The position numbers and the translations under genes are program-made. A stretch of DNA of 63,521 nucleotides, the filler included, from Collodictyon triciliatum (Eukaryota): the NCBI GenBank assembly GCA_043381765.1. It is 6 parts of 6 records of this genome, joined end to end, with 100 filler letters (N's around TTAATTAATTAA, not from the genome) between each part and the next. Parts side by side here need not be neighbours in the genome. Positions count along the whole stretch, not along the records: positions 1 to 16,949 come from JBHJMP010000393.1; positions 17,050 to 26,896 come from JBHJMP010000395.1; positions 26,997 to 33,711 come from JBHJMP010000396.1; 3 more parts are not named here. The stretch is one strand, 5' to 3'. The notes beneath the pieces are model-generated. The model worked only from the letters and a program-made list of their open reading frames with translations, ran no database searches and was not told the DNA's origin. Below, in pieces: positions 13,137 to 30,841 of the stretch; within the stretch, counting starts at the first letter, position 1, and the number at the start of each line of letters is the position of its first letter.

Positions 13137-15224
13137 GTTGTTGTTGTTGTTGTTATTGTTGTTGTTATTGTTGTTGTTGATAACAATTAATTCCCTTAAT
13201 TTAATTAATATACGACTTTTACATGACATTCAGGTCTGTCCTAAGAGATTCGGCAAAAGAAGCGCATATTTTTCTAAAGTTGTATCTAAATTACCAAGTT
13301 TCATCCCAACCCAAGAAACGGTTTGTTTTTGGAAACTCATGTTAAATGACTTATCAGCAATACAACTCACATGAACTCTTTTTGTTCCCATTACTGAAGG
13401 CTTTGCCCCTATTGCCCAATCACCCTCATGCACCTGCGATACTGAAAGACGAGAACGGATGCTTCGATCCTGATAAAGTAGAAGTATCAGATCCTCCTAC
13501 AACGAGGAGCAACACAGACACAGCACCTAACAAGCCACTTCTGAAGCCTCTTCCTCAAAAGCTACGTGACAAAAAAGAATGGGAAATACACATGAAAGAT
13601 ATTACGATAGACGAATCAAAACCTCTTGGTACGGGCTCCTTCGGGATGGTCGTGGTTGGTGAATATAAGGTGGAAACCATATCTAGAACTCATTTTCGTC
13701 ACTATCATAGCGTATCTTCTAATTCAAGCTGGTCCTATTCAACACAGCCGTTTGTTTGTTTGTTTGTTTGTTTGTTTGTTTGTTTGTTTGTTTGTTTGTT
13801 TGTTTGTTTGTTTGTTTGTTTGTTTGTTTGTTTGTTTGTTTGTTTGTTTGTTTGTTTGTCCCTCTCATCGTCATCCTGCGTAAACTTTTGGTACTAGGGT
13901 CGGAAGGTGGCTGTAAAGAAGTTGCTTGGAGGAGGAAATAAAACCTTGGGTGAAAACTTCGTTTCGTTTATGACAGAAGTTTCGATCTACAGGCAAGTTG
14001 TTTACTTTAACTTGAAAATCCTACGTGTGTGCACATGCCCTGTTTTGAGAGGAAAATAACCACTTATCTCCTGATATGGCTGCGTACAAAATAGAAAGCT
14101 GAAGCATCCAAATATTGTGGAGTTTGTTGGGGCGTGTACAGAAAGGCGAAATTTTGCCATTATCATGGAATGCATCGAGCCAGGAAGTCTTCGACAGTTG
14201 CTTCAAAATCGCTCTATTGACATCGAAAAAGAAAAAAAGTAACCCACAGAAACAAACTAATCAAAATTGAAATCAAGAAGAAAAAAAAAAGAGTGAGGGG
14301 GAGGGGAGGGGGGGAGGGAGGAAGGGAGAAAAAGGAAAGGAAAGAAAAACAGGCACATGGACTTTAAACATCGACGTTTATACCATAGTTTCAAATATTT
14401 ACATTTTCATCAACCACAGGATGAAAATTATTGGCGGTATCATACAAGGCATGGTCTACCTGCATTCTTTGACGCCGACTGTCCTACACAGAGACTTAAA
14501 ATCCGCCAATATTCTGGTTTCAGCGCATGATAATAATATTACTCTCCACTTTATGTCGAGCAATATATATTGTCTTTTGGATATGCTTCGTATATAGCCA
14601 TGGACTTTAAAGAAGAACCGAAAATCTTCTCATTTACTGATTCTATCGCACAACATCATTGGTATGCACTCAGGTGAATGAACTCTTTGAGGCAAAGCTT
14701 TGTGACTTTGGGTTTGCCCGTGTGAAAGTAAGCAATCGAACAATGACAAAGTGCGGGACCATGGCATACGAGGCACCCGAGGTAATTGATTCCCGCACAC
14801 CAATAAAAGAGAGAAGAAAAGAAACAAACAAACAAACAAACAAACAAACAAACAAACAAACAAACAAACAAACAAACAAACAAACAAACAAACAAACAAA
14901 CAAACAAACAAACAAAGTCTTTGTCTTCTAACACGACGAGACGCTTACACATGTATACACAAACCATAGGTAATGCAAGGAAAACGCTACGACGAGAAAG
15001 CAGATGTATACAGCTTCGGTGTCCTTCTGTGGGAGATTGAAACACGCGAATCTCCGTACCATGGGAAGGATGCCTTGGCGCTCCAATTCGAGATAGTGGG
15101 CGGCCTCAGACCGGGCATCAGAGAAGGCATGGATGCGCAGCTCGCAGCACTGATGGAGAAATGCTGGGACGCCCTTCCCGAGTCACGCCCAAGTTTCAAG
15201 CAAATTTGTGACTCCGTTTCTTGA
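555..15224 (+). CDS. Single-pass receptor: signal peptide - Kelch repeats - CUB - Cys-rich - Kelch repeats - CUB - EGF-like - TM - TKL kinase - degenerate class III cyclase - TKL kinase (~55 introns)
   Basis: Exons splice in frame from ATG 555 (or 597, MALYFLLIQG). Many Kelch motifs (LYIFGG, IYVYGG, WVFDT). CUB motifs DGSGEFLYSPGTNCSWII (~4710) and DGSGESMYLENTNCTWIL (~9190). TM GIIGGTIAGLLGLTTALGIIY then RRK (10062-10133). Kinase 1: GQGSFG/VAIK/HHDLKSLN/DFG/WLAPE. Cyclase-like APEGNV...LWEEMPESM...GGQ. Kinase 2: GTGSFG/VAVK/HRDLKSAN/DFG/YEAPE. Stop at 15224. Confidence 0.88.
1322..1344 (+). mobile_element. Micro-hairpin insertion element, variant copy with degenerate TSD
   Basis: CCTTGAATCGAATAAGGGAAAAA flanked by TAAAACCACATTAAAT / TATAATCACTTTAAAT (13/16 identical). 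Confidence 0.65.
4357..4381 (-). mobile_element. Degenerate micro-hairpin element with 16-bp TSD covering a splice acceptor
   Basis: Plus strand TTTTCCTTTTTTTCGTTTCAAAATA (consensus TTTTCCTTTATTCGATTCAAAG) flanked by TATTTAAAGAAA(T/C)CAT at 4341-4356 and 4382-4397. Confidence 0.6.
8284..8571. repeat. Compound intronic microsatellite (TTTCTTTTGT)n/(TTTAG)n
   Basis: Directly visible. Confidence 0.95.
9781..9810 (-). mobile_element. Micro-hairpin element with (ATA)n tail, TSD unclear
   Basis: CCCTTTGAATCGAATAAAGG + ATAATAATAA in an intron of the receptor gene. Confidence 0.6.
12866..13178. repeat. Intronic (TAT)n/(TGT)n microsatellite with internal gap
   Basis: Directly visible. Confidence 0.95.
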
Positions 15225-15567
15225 CCATAAAAGGAAAAGGAAGGAAATTGGGAAATAGGGAAAAGGGAGCAGACATAGAGGTTGCTGTGTTGGGTATACA
15301 TTTGCGTCGTTCGTTTGTTGGTGCTGTTTTTTTTTTTTTTTTGACTTTTTGTTTTTTTTTTTTTTTTTTTTGATTGCTAGCTTTTGCTTTTGCTTTTGGT
15401 AGTTTTTATTTTTCCTTTGTTCTTCTTTTCTCTCCATCACTGGGCTTCCCGTTCAGTTTTCTGAAAATCCCTTGTTTGGTAAGACTTGATTTCATCCTTG
15501 ACAGATTCAAAAGAAAGAAAGAAACGGAAGAAAGAAACGGACGAGTCTTGAGTGGGGGCATCAGAGG

Positions 15568-16056
15568 CTATTTGGCCGCTGACTGACCAACGGGCTTTGT
15601 TTCTCTATTCAGGACCCCTTCAATCTCTGCGTTCTGCTTGCTGATGGTTTCCAAGCGGGTATAAATGCGATTCATTCTTTGTACGATGATGTCATATTTG
15701 TCCTAAAAATTGATCCATCTGGTCAATAACTTTATATGCAAGTTATAACCAGAACATGCAGATATATGTAAATTGGCAAGCCGAGGGGAAATAAACAACT
15801 ATGTAAATGCATACTTGCATAAAATATGCGTGATGATTACAAATGACACATTAAAAAAATATTACCGCAGCTGTTGGTTGGTCGCTTGGACCGCGTCTAA
15901 TGCTGGGGCATATTTTTTGGTTCAGTTTGTCCTGTAGTTGTCCTAAGTCAGCCTCTCGTTTTTGGAGGGTGGATGTGATGGCACTAACTTTTTCGTAACT
16001 ACGATTGGTTGTATTTAGATAAGCAACCAAGAAATATGAAAGCCAAATGAATCCCA

Positions 16057-16088
<32 letters not shown>

Positions 16089-16093
16089 AAAAA

Positions 16094-16129
<36 letters not shown>

Positions 16130-16949
16130 GAAAGAAATCGGAAGAAAAAAAAAAGGCAAGGAGGAATAGCAAATCAAGGGGACTAGAAGAGATACGATGA
16201 AGGAAAATTACTATCGATCGCGGTGGGTTGACTTTTCTTCCAACCCATCACTCGGCTTTTGTGTTTTAGCTAGGTCATTTATCTGTGAATTGACAGACTC
16301 CAAGCTAAGAAGCATACTATTTAAATCATTGAGTAGCTTCTCCTGATGTTCGTGGATGACACCAAGGACCTGAACACGCTTGGCAACCTAAACCGGACCG
16401 GTTTGTGTGAGCAAACGAAGAAAGTAGTGTCAGTTCATGGGTATTCTTGATTTGGCTTCTTTTTTTGAAAAAAAATAATCATTTGACTGATAATAACATG
16501 AGGCTCAGTGAACAGAGGAATTTCACAATATCTACCTCTTGTGACGCGTTGGCCAATTTTGTTTCAACTTGACCAATTGCATCGTCAAGCTTCTTCTTGT
16601 CTGCTTCGTTTTCCTTTTGCTTTTCCTTGCAGTTTTCTACTGTAGAGGTCAGAGCAGAAAAGGGTGTGTTAAATTGTCCTACCAAAGGGGTGCTTTGTCC
16701 AGTTTGATTGGATAATACAGGGATTGTGGTTGCGACTGGAGCTTTCCCCGTGTTTAATCCTAAAGTATTGGTTGCTGGTTGTCCAGTTGCTGGAGTGGTC
16801 GCTGACTGCCCGGTAGCTGGAGTACCAGCCACAAATGGATTAGCTGCTGCTGGTTGTCCGGCAGCTGGAGTACCAGTCACAAATGGATTAGTTGCTGCTG
16901 GTTGTCCGGCAGCTGGAGTACCAGTCACAAATGGATTAGTTGCTGCTGG
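15568..16949 (-). CDS. Nup62/Nsp1-like nucleoporin, 5'-partial (NPFV-containing repeats followed by a tripartite coiled coil)
   Basis: Four exons. Repeat TNPFVTGTPAAGQPAA, then VQVLGVIHEHQEKLLNDLN...THRDRYYEKVSAITSTLQKREADLGQLQDKLN...DKYDIIVQRMNRIYTRLETISKQ. The spacing resembles the Nup62 C-terminal coiled coils. Stop TAG at 15568-15570. The 5' end is lost at the scaffold edge. Confidence 0.55.
16806..16949 (-). repeat. 48-bp coding tandem repeat (TNPFVTGTPAAGQPAA)n
   Basis: About three near-identical units running into the scaffold end. Confidence 0.9.
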
Positions 16950-17049
16950 NNNNNNNNNNNNNNNNNNNNNNNNNNNNNNNNNNNNNNNNNNNNTTAATTA
17001 ATTAANNNNNNNNNNNNNNNNNNNNNNNNNNNNNNNNNNNNNNNNNNNN
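16950..17049. other. Artificial scaffold-joining linker
   Basis: 44 N + TTAATTAATTAA (stops in all six frames) + 44 N. Confidence 0.95.
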
Positions 17050-17271
17050 TGTTTTTTGTTTTTTGTTTTTTGTTTTTTGTTTTTTGTTTTTTGTTTTTTG
17101 TTTTTTGTTTTTTGTTTTTTACTTTTTGTTTTTTGTTTTACAGTTAGAGATGCACGACAATGCACGATAGTTTTAATACCATCATTTCATCAATAGTTTT
17201 CAAAAAATGTCGATTTGTTGGCGTCAAGAAAACATGTTTATGGGGTCGGTGGTGCCTCTCCACCGCGAAAC

Positions 17272-19027
17272 ATGTCTGATTCACCGAAAAGTAAATATTT
17301 TATCCATATCACCTGGGCTCTAGCCATTAATGCAAAAATGTTATTGATTTGGTGAAATCTGAAAAATCTAATTCATAAATGAAGAGTCACCGAAAGCAGA
17401 AATCCACAGCGGTGTCGTGTGTGATGGCTGTGGCGCCGAACCGATAGTGGGGATTCGGTTTAAGTGCGGACACTGCAATAACTTCGACTATTGCAATACC
17501 TGCTTTTCTACCCTTCCGCATAATTCAGACCATTCATTTCAGGTCATTCATGTTCCACAGAAAGGAGGGTTTCTCAAGGAACTTTTCTCTTTCACAAAGG
17601 ACCAGTTTCTACCAGAGACTTCGGTCAAAAAAACGCCTTCGGTGGGTCCAGTACCTGACCCGGTAGGGTTTCAGAGACAGCCATTCTACACAAAAGATGT
17701 CTCGCAGGGCCCAAATCAGGCCCAAGGTGATTCCGAAGCTTCTGCCAAAGATTCAAAGGGACAAAACACACGTTTGCTAAAGAAAGGCAAAGATAGAAAA
17801 CAAACGAAAACGCGGTGTATATGCCCTCGGGCAGATTCCGATGAATTGCTGGAGTTGGGACACTCAAAGACATGGTGAATTATTTTATAACACCTTTTTT
17901 TATTTGAAAACAAAACAAAACAAAACAAAACAAAACAAAACAAAACAAAACAAAACAAAACAAAACAAAACAAAACAAAACAAAACAAAACAAAACAAAA
18001 CAAAACAAATGCAGGCTACATGAAGACTATAACTTCAATATTTAATCATGTAATGTGTGACCAGTCCACCCAAAGTTTTTTTCCTTATTCTAAGCCACTT
18101 TATTCATAAAAATTCACTAGTCCCTTGCATATTGCGAACCCCCCAAATGACACCTCACAAACTGCATCCATTGTCGAGATTACTGCCTCTGAAAGCTTCT
18201 GTGCAACCTGGGAGATGAAAAACCCGTGCGACCATGACATCACCGAGCTCAGCGTTCGCTGCGTCCAAGGTTTCCTCTGCAGTCCCACTCAAGATATCGA
18301 ATATTCTATTGCACCAAAACCCGTCACAAAGGGGAGCAGCTTTCAACTCCGTATTCCTTTGAAGGCACCACCAAAAAGTGGAATGTACTCGTCTGCATTT
18401 GTGTGCACTTACCAGTCAAGCGAAATCGTTATTGAGAGGCTAACTCTGACACTTAATGTAAGACAAGAAACACCCACAACGAAAATGGCAGACTCCTTTA
18501 CAACAGAATACACACCAGGACGTTTAAAGATGCACACAAAAGAAACAAACACAGACATTACAGGCGATATTGTTTCCTCTGGTGATGTGAATCTTCACAT
18601 TGCGGCTCAGAATCCTTCGGCTGACGAGCAGACCGTTTTGTTGCAATCAAAATATATTGGGCATTTTCCTCAGAAACTAGTGGCCACCACAACACAAGCC
18701 CCGTCTGTGGTCATAGATTTGTCACTGTTGGAGAGTGACGAAATATTCAGTTCATCTCCAGCTAAGACACAAAATGTGTTCATTTACTTCCTTTGCTATA
18801 ATGCAAAACACATGTTGGCTACTTCGTTCTCGATTCAAAATTCTATAATTATAACCCATGATATTGCCAAAGCGAATTATTTATCATTTAACACTAAATA
18901 CTATTAGGAGGCTTTCCTTTCGAGAAGTGAGCCCATACGATTATCGTCAGAATCGGCTCAACAGCTAGAAATCCTTCTCCGAGAACCGATAGAGAATTGG
19001 ACAATAGTCGAGTCAGATTCAGATTAG
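17272..19027 (+). CDS. NBR1-like protein: ZZ zinc finger + divergent FW (Ig-like) domain + C-terminal LIR/AIM-like motif
   Basis: Four exons. ZZ: HSGVVCDGCGAEPIVGIRFKCGHCNNFDYCNTC...H...H. FW-like: FCATWEMKNP...LKAPPKSGMYSSAF. Last exon (after intron 18776-18907) ends EPIENWTIVESDSD*. Confidence 0.7.
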
Positions 19028-19503
19028 TTGCATGTTTGCAATCATCGGAAAATATGCCGAAATCCCTATTCGATCTGCCTGAACATTTCAAGAGATGCCC
19101 GATAAATAAATAAAATAGTAAAATTTTCTCAGCGATAGCAAGACTGTTATCGGTTTAAGATGGAAGTAAACAACAAAAACACTTTGTGGCAGCTATAAAA
19201 TATTCGAAAAAATGTTGCAAATGCTAGGGACTTTCACATAAGGCGACAGCACGCAGCCAAAAATAATGATAATAATTAAAAAAAAATGTCCTGCACAAAA
19301 TTGAAGGGAAGAATAAAAAAATAATGAAAAAAATCATCACTGAAAGAGAATTAAAAGTCAAAAAAATTCAAGTTGAAAGAGTAGTTTTTTCAAACTTTGA
19401 ATATTATTCAAGAATAACTACTAGGCGCATATGTTGCTAGTTCAATAATGATTTATTATTAGCAGAATACGATATTTTTTTCAGGCTCCTTTTTTTTCTT
19501 TTG

Positions 19504-26765
<7,262 letters not shown>

Positions 26766-26896
26766 TCGGCTGCCGCGTTTCCCTTCTTTTTTTCCGTTTT
26801 GTTTGTTTGTTTGTTTGTTTGTTTGTTTGTTTGTTTGTTTGTTTGTTTGTTTGTTTGTTTGTTTGTTTGTTTGTTTGTTTGTTTGTTTGTTTGTTT

Positions 26897-26996
26897 NNNN
26901 NNNNNNNNNNNNNNNNNNNNNNNNNNNNNNNNNNNNNNNNTTAATTAATTAANNNNNNNNNNNNNNNNNNNNNNNNNNNNNNNNNNNNNNNNNNNN
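26897..26996. other. Artificial scaffold-joining linker
   Basis: 44 N + TTAATTAATTAA + 44 N. Confidence 0.95.
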
Positions 26997-27288
26997 TTTT
27001 CCTTTTCTTTTTCTTTTCTTTTTCTTTTCTTTTCTTTTTCTTTTCTTTTTCTTTTCTTTTCTTTTTCTTTTTCTTTTCTTTTCTTTTTCTTTTCTTTTTC
27101 TTTTCTTTATCTTTTCTTTATCTTTTCTTTATCTTTTCTTTATCTTTTCTTTTTCCTTTTCTTTTTCTTTTCCTTTTCCTTTTCCTTTTCCTTTTCCTTT
27201 TTCGTCATATTCTTGTGAAAACTCTTGCGTATTATTTGAATCACTGCCTTTACTATTTTTTTATTTGACGAAAGTGTACTTTTTGTAG

Positions 27289-29854
27289 GACGTTTCTGCT
27301 AATCAACATCTGCTCATCGAAGTTGCTTTGATCGTTTTCATTCTTGTTCTCATTCTACAAAAAAGCTACAAGAAACAGAAGACTATTGAAGAACTCTCTC
27401 CCAAGGTTTGTATTTGAAAGAATAGCCCTGAAAAGCACAGTAAGCTTCGTTGAGGGATTATTGTCTTTTTTCAACCATTTCCTCTATACTTTTTAAGCCC
27501 ATTTATATGAACCTCCGGACATAGCAACTTTTTTTTTTACGGCTGTTCATAACAGGAAATCGACGAGATCATCCGTGAATGGTCACCCACTCCTTTAATT
27601 CCCGAAATTACAGAGCAGGACCGAAAAGATGCTGTAATGCCAGTTATTTCAAGGTTTGCCTACTTTGCATAAGACCCGAGTTGTATTAACTTCGGGAGAG
27701 ACGCCCTTAATTGGCTATTCATTTGTATTTATCTTAAACAATATGTCAGTGTATCTGGCAACAAGATGGTCGTCAATGGAAAATCAGTGACAAACTTTGT
27801 GACCAATGATTATCTTGGATTTGCAGCCCACCAAGATGTCAAAGTGAGCTCACTTTGCATTCTAGTGTAAAATTACAACAGTTTTCATTTGTATTGTTAT
27901 CAGTAACATCTACCTCTAACATTTGTAACTTGCTTATATCAAGAAAATTGCCACCGAAACTCTTCGCAAATATGGATGTGGTACCTGCGGTCCTCGTGGC
28001 TTCTACGGAACCATTGGTAAGTCGATCTTTCTTCTCTTCTTTTTAAGAGCAACATTTATCTCAAACTTTGAACATGGAACTAGGCGACCTCTATCTACAA
28101 AGTTGAGTAAAGAGACCCTTTAAAATCTGTGATACCATGTTGAAAGAATTTATTTCTAGATGTTCATTTGGAACTGGAGAAAAGATTGGCTAGCTTTATG
28201 GGAACCGAGGATGCCATCATCTACACTTCAGGGTTCTCCACCATCGCTAGTGCCATACCATCATTCCTCAAGAAAGGAGACGTCCTAGTTTGGTAAATGG
28301 CCGCACTCTTTTCCGATGTAACATGAATTGTTCTCTGTCTTGTAATTACATTATTTCCATCGCATTCCCTTAAACCTAACCTTAAAATTTACACAATCAA
28401 TAACATCAAGCGACGAAGCCATTAGCCTGGCGACGTTTATGGGTGCCGAATTGTCACGCTGCCAGGTGCGGTATTTCAAGCACAATGACATGGCTGACCT
28501 TGAAAGTATTCTGCGTGATGTCGTTGCTGGAGATCGAAAGGGAGACAAAAAACTGAATCGTCGTTTTATTGTCGGTGAAGGAATCTACTACAACACCGGA
28601 AGTATGCGTTAGAAACATATAAAAATGTTCTTTTTTTTTCTGCTTGTTATGTACGATTTCCTTTTTCACTCGTGTAATACATTTATCTCGGATAGAGAAT
28701 GTGCCTAAATATTATTGACTTAAATTAGACATCATTCCTTTGGATAAAGTCGTTGCCTTGAAAAAACTATATCGTTTCCGCCTGATTCTTGAGGAAAGCC
28801 ACTCTTTTGGTGCTATCGGCAAGAACGGTCGCGGTGTGACAGAGCACTTCGGCGTGAATGTAAAATTATGCAACATATTATACAGGGAAACTATTTATTT
28901 TTTTTCAGAGCAAAATCTACCGCCTTAATTTATATCCTTGAAGATTAAAGATGTTGATATTTTGTGCGCAACGATGGGCGCAACCCTGTCTGCGATCGGA
29001 GGCTTCTGTGTTGGATCTAAGGCCGTTGTTGACCATCAGGTCCATTCAAATTCATTTATTGGCGTTTTGTTTATAACTGAAAACTTCTGGTCTTTTTTCA
29101 TTTATAGATCCATATTAATTTTTGGATGGTTGGTGCATTAGTTACTTATTTGAATACAAAGCAAACATCTTAAATTCTCCATAATCAACCTACGTACAAC
29201 CCAGCGGCTGAACGGGTCGGGATATTGCTTCTCTGCTTCGCTCCCAGCACTTATCACCACAGCAGCTATCAAGTGCATCGATTTCCTTGAAAAATCTCCG
29301 AAACAACTGCAAAGCCTTCAATCAAACAAAGCATTTTTCCGCGCTGAACTCGAAAAGGTACAGCAAACAGAGGATACTGCACATTCCTTCCAAACATGTT
29401 TCTCTGCCCTCTTTCCCTCTCTTTCCCTCAAGTATCCCACTACATTGCATAGACATTCAAGCCCACTTCGCTACTCCTTCCATACGGCGCACGGGATTCT
29501 CAAGTCATTCATTTCTACTTGCGCAACCCAACTGGTGTTCGTCAGCAGGACATGGACAAACTGAGCGCTATCGTCGAACAGGTTCCATTCTCCCTTTTGC
29601 TGCGTTTTTCATACATTACACTTTCGCTACCATTTCAGCGAAGAGGCCCTTGTCGTTCTAAACATGACTCTCGGTCGGCTAACTACGACGGATGCCAGGG
29701 ACTCACCGGAAAGGAAGCCCTTGGACTCTCCGTGGCTCGCTACAACGAAACCTTCGAGCGCCATCTGCCTGCCCCGAGTATCCGCGTCTGTCTCAATGCC
29801 ACACACACCGAGGCCGACCTGAAGAAGCTTGCTGCCTTCTTGGCCTCCCAGTAA
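27289..29854 (+). CDS. SPTLC1: Serine palmitoyltransferase subunit 1 (LCB1), 5'-partial
   Basis: N-terminal [86 protein letters not shown]. It lacks the PLP-binding Lys (ATMGATL), as expected for LCB1. The start exon is beyond the scaffold edge. Confidence 0.92.
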
Positions 29855-30841
29855 GGAAAAGAGTCCCGCTACTAACAGTCAAACGTCGACTGCCCGCTGG
29901 CCCGAGTGTGTCACAGCTGCGAACAGAGAGCCCCTCTATTGGTCAGGTCGGCTCTGGGATTAATCTTGAGGAAAAGAAATAAAATAAAACGCTCCCACTA
30001 AAAAAAAAATAACCTAAAAAAAGTGAAGGGGGCGAACAAACTCCGTGTTGCGAGTGGGCGCGTAGAGTTGGGATTTTTTTATTGGTTCCAGGGGAACTCA
30101 ACAGACGAGGAGAGAGACAGGAGAGTTCTTTGTGCTAGGCTTAAAAGCGGCAGACTCTGGTGCAGACCGGCTGCTCTGACAAAGAGGCGTTGGTAGGTCT
30201 AACAGGTCCACTGGCATGTTGGTTGGTAATGTTTTTTTTTTTGGTGTTGTTGTTGTTGTTTGCAAGGATTGTGATGGTTCAGATGAGCTGCTGAGACCCG
30301 GACAAGAGGTCAAAGATTGCCCAGAATGAATAGGTGGAGCTTGGTGCCCGGTGGGTCGGGCGTGGGAGGAGGAGGAGGAAGAGGTAGTGCGCGGCTGTGG
30401 TGAAACGACGCGGAAGAAGTTTGGATGCTGCCAAAGTAAGTGGGTTGGAGATCACTTGACAAGTGCGTGCTCTTGGGTGGCGAAAGCAGAGACCCCGAAA
30501 AGGCATCAGGGGTGAGTGAGGTACACGCCAAGGTATTGTGAGTAATCAGTGGAGGGAAACAAAAGGGCCACCACCCTGTAGGCAATCGAAGTCGTGAAGA
30601 AGCTTCGGTGGAGATGGTGAAGCAACACGAAGGGGGTAAGCTGGCAGAGTGTGAAGGGGGTGGAAGCAGCGAAGGAAAAGAAAAGCAACTTTGAGGGTTC
30701 GGAAAGTGAGGAGGGTGAATGCAAAAGAAAAAAATCATCGAACTTTCAGTCTTGTAGACGGACAAGGTATCAAAAATTAGACTAAGCTTTGATACGATTG
30801 GTGGTTCTTGTGCCCCGTCTGCTGGATGGTGCCTTTCCACA

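Noticed and set aside
16994-17005. TTAATTAATTAA palindrome recurring five times
   Set aside because: It is always centred in 44+44 Ns, so it is a synthetic six-frame-stop linker, not biology
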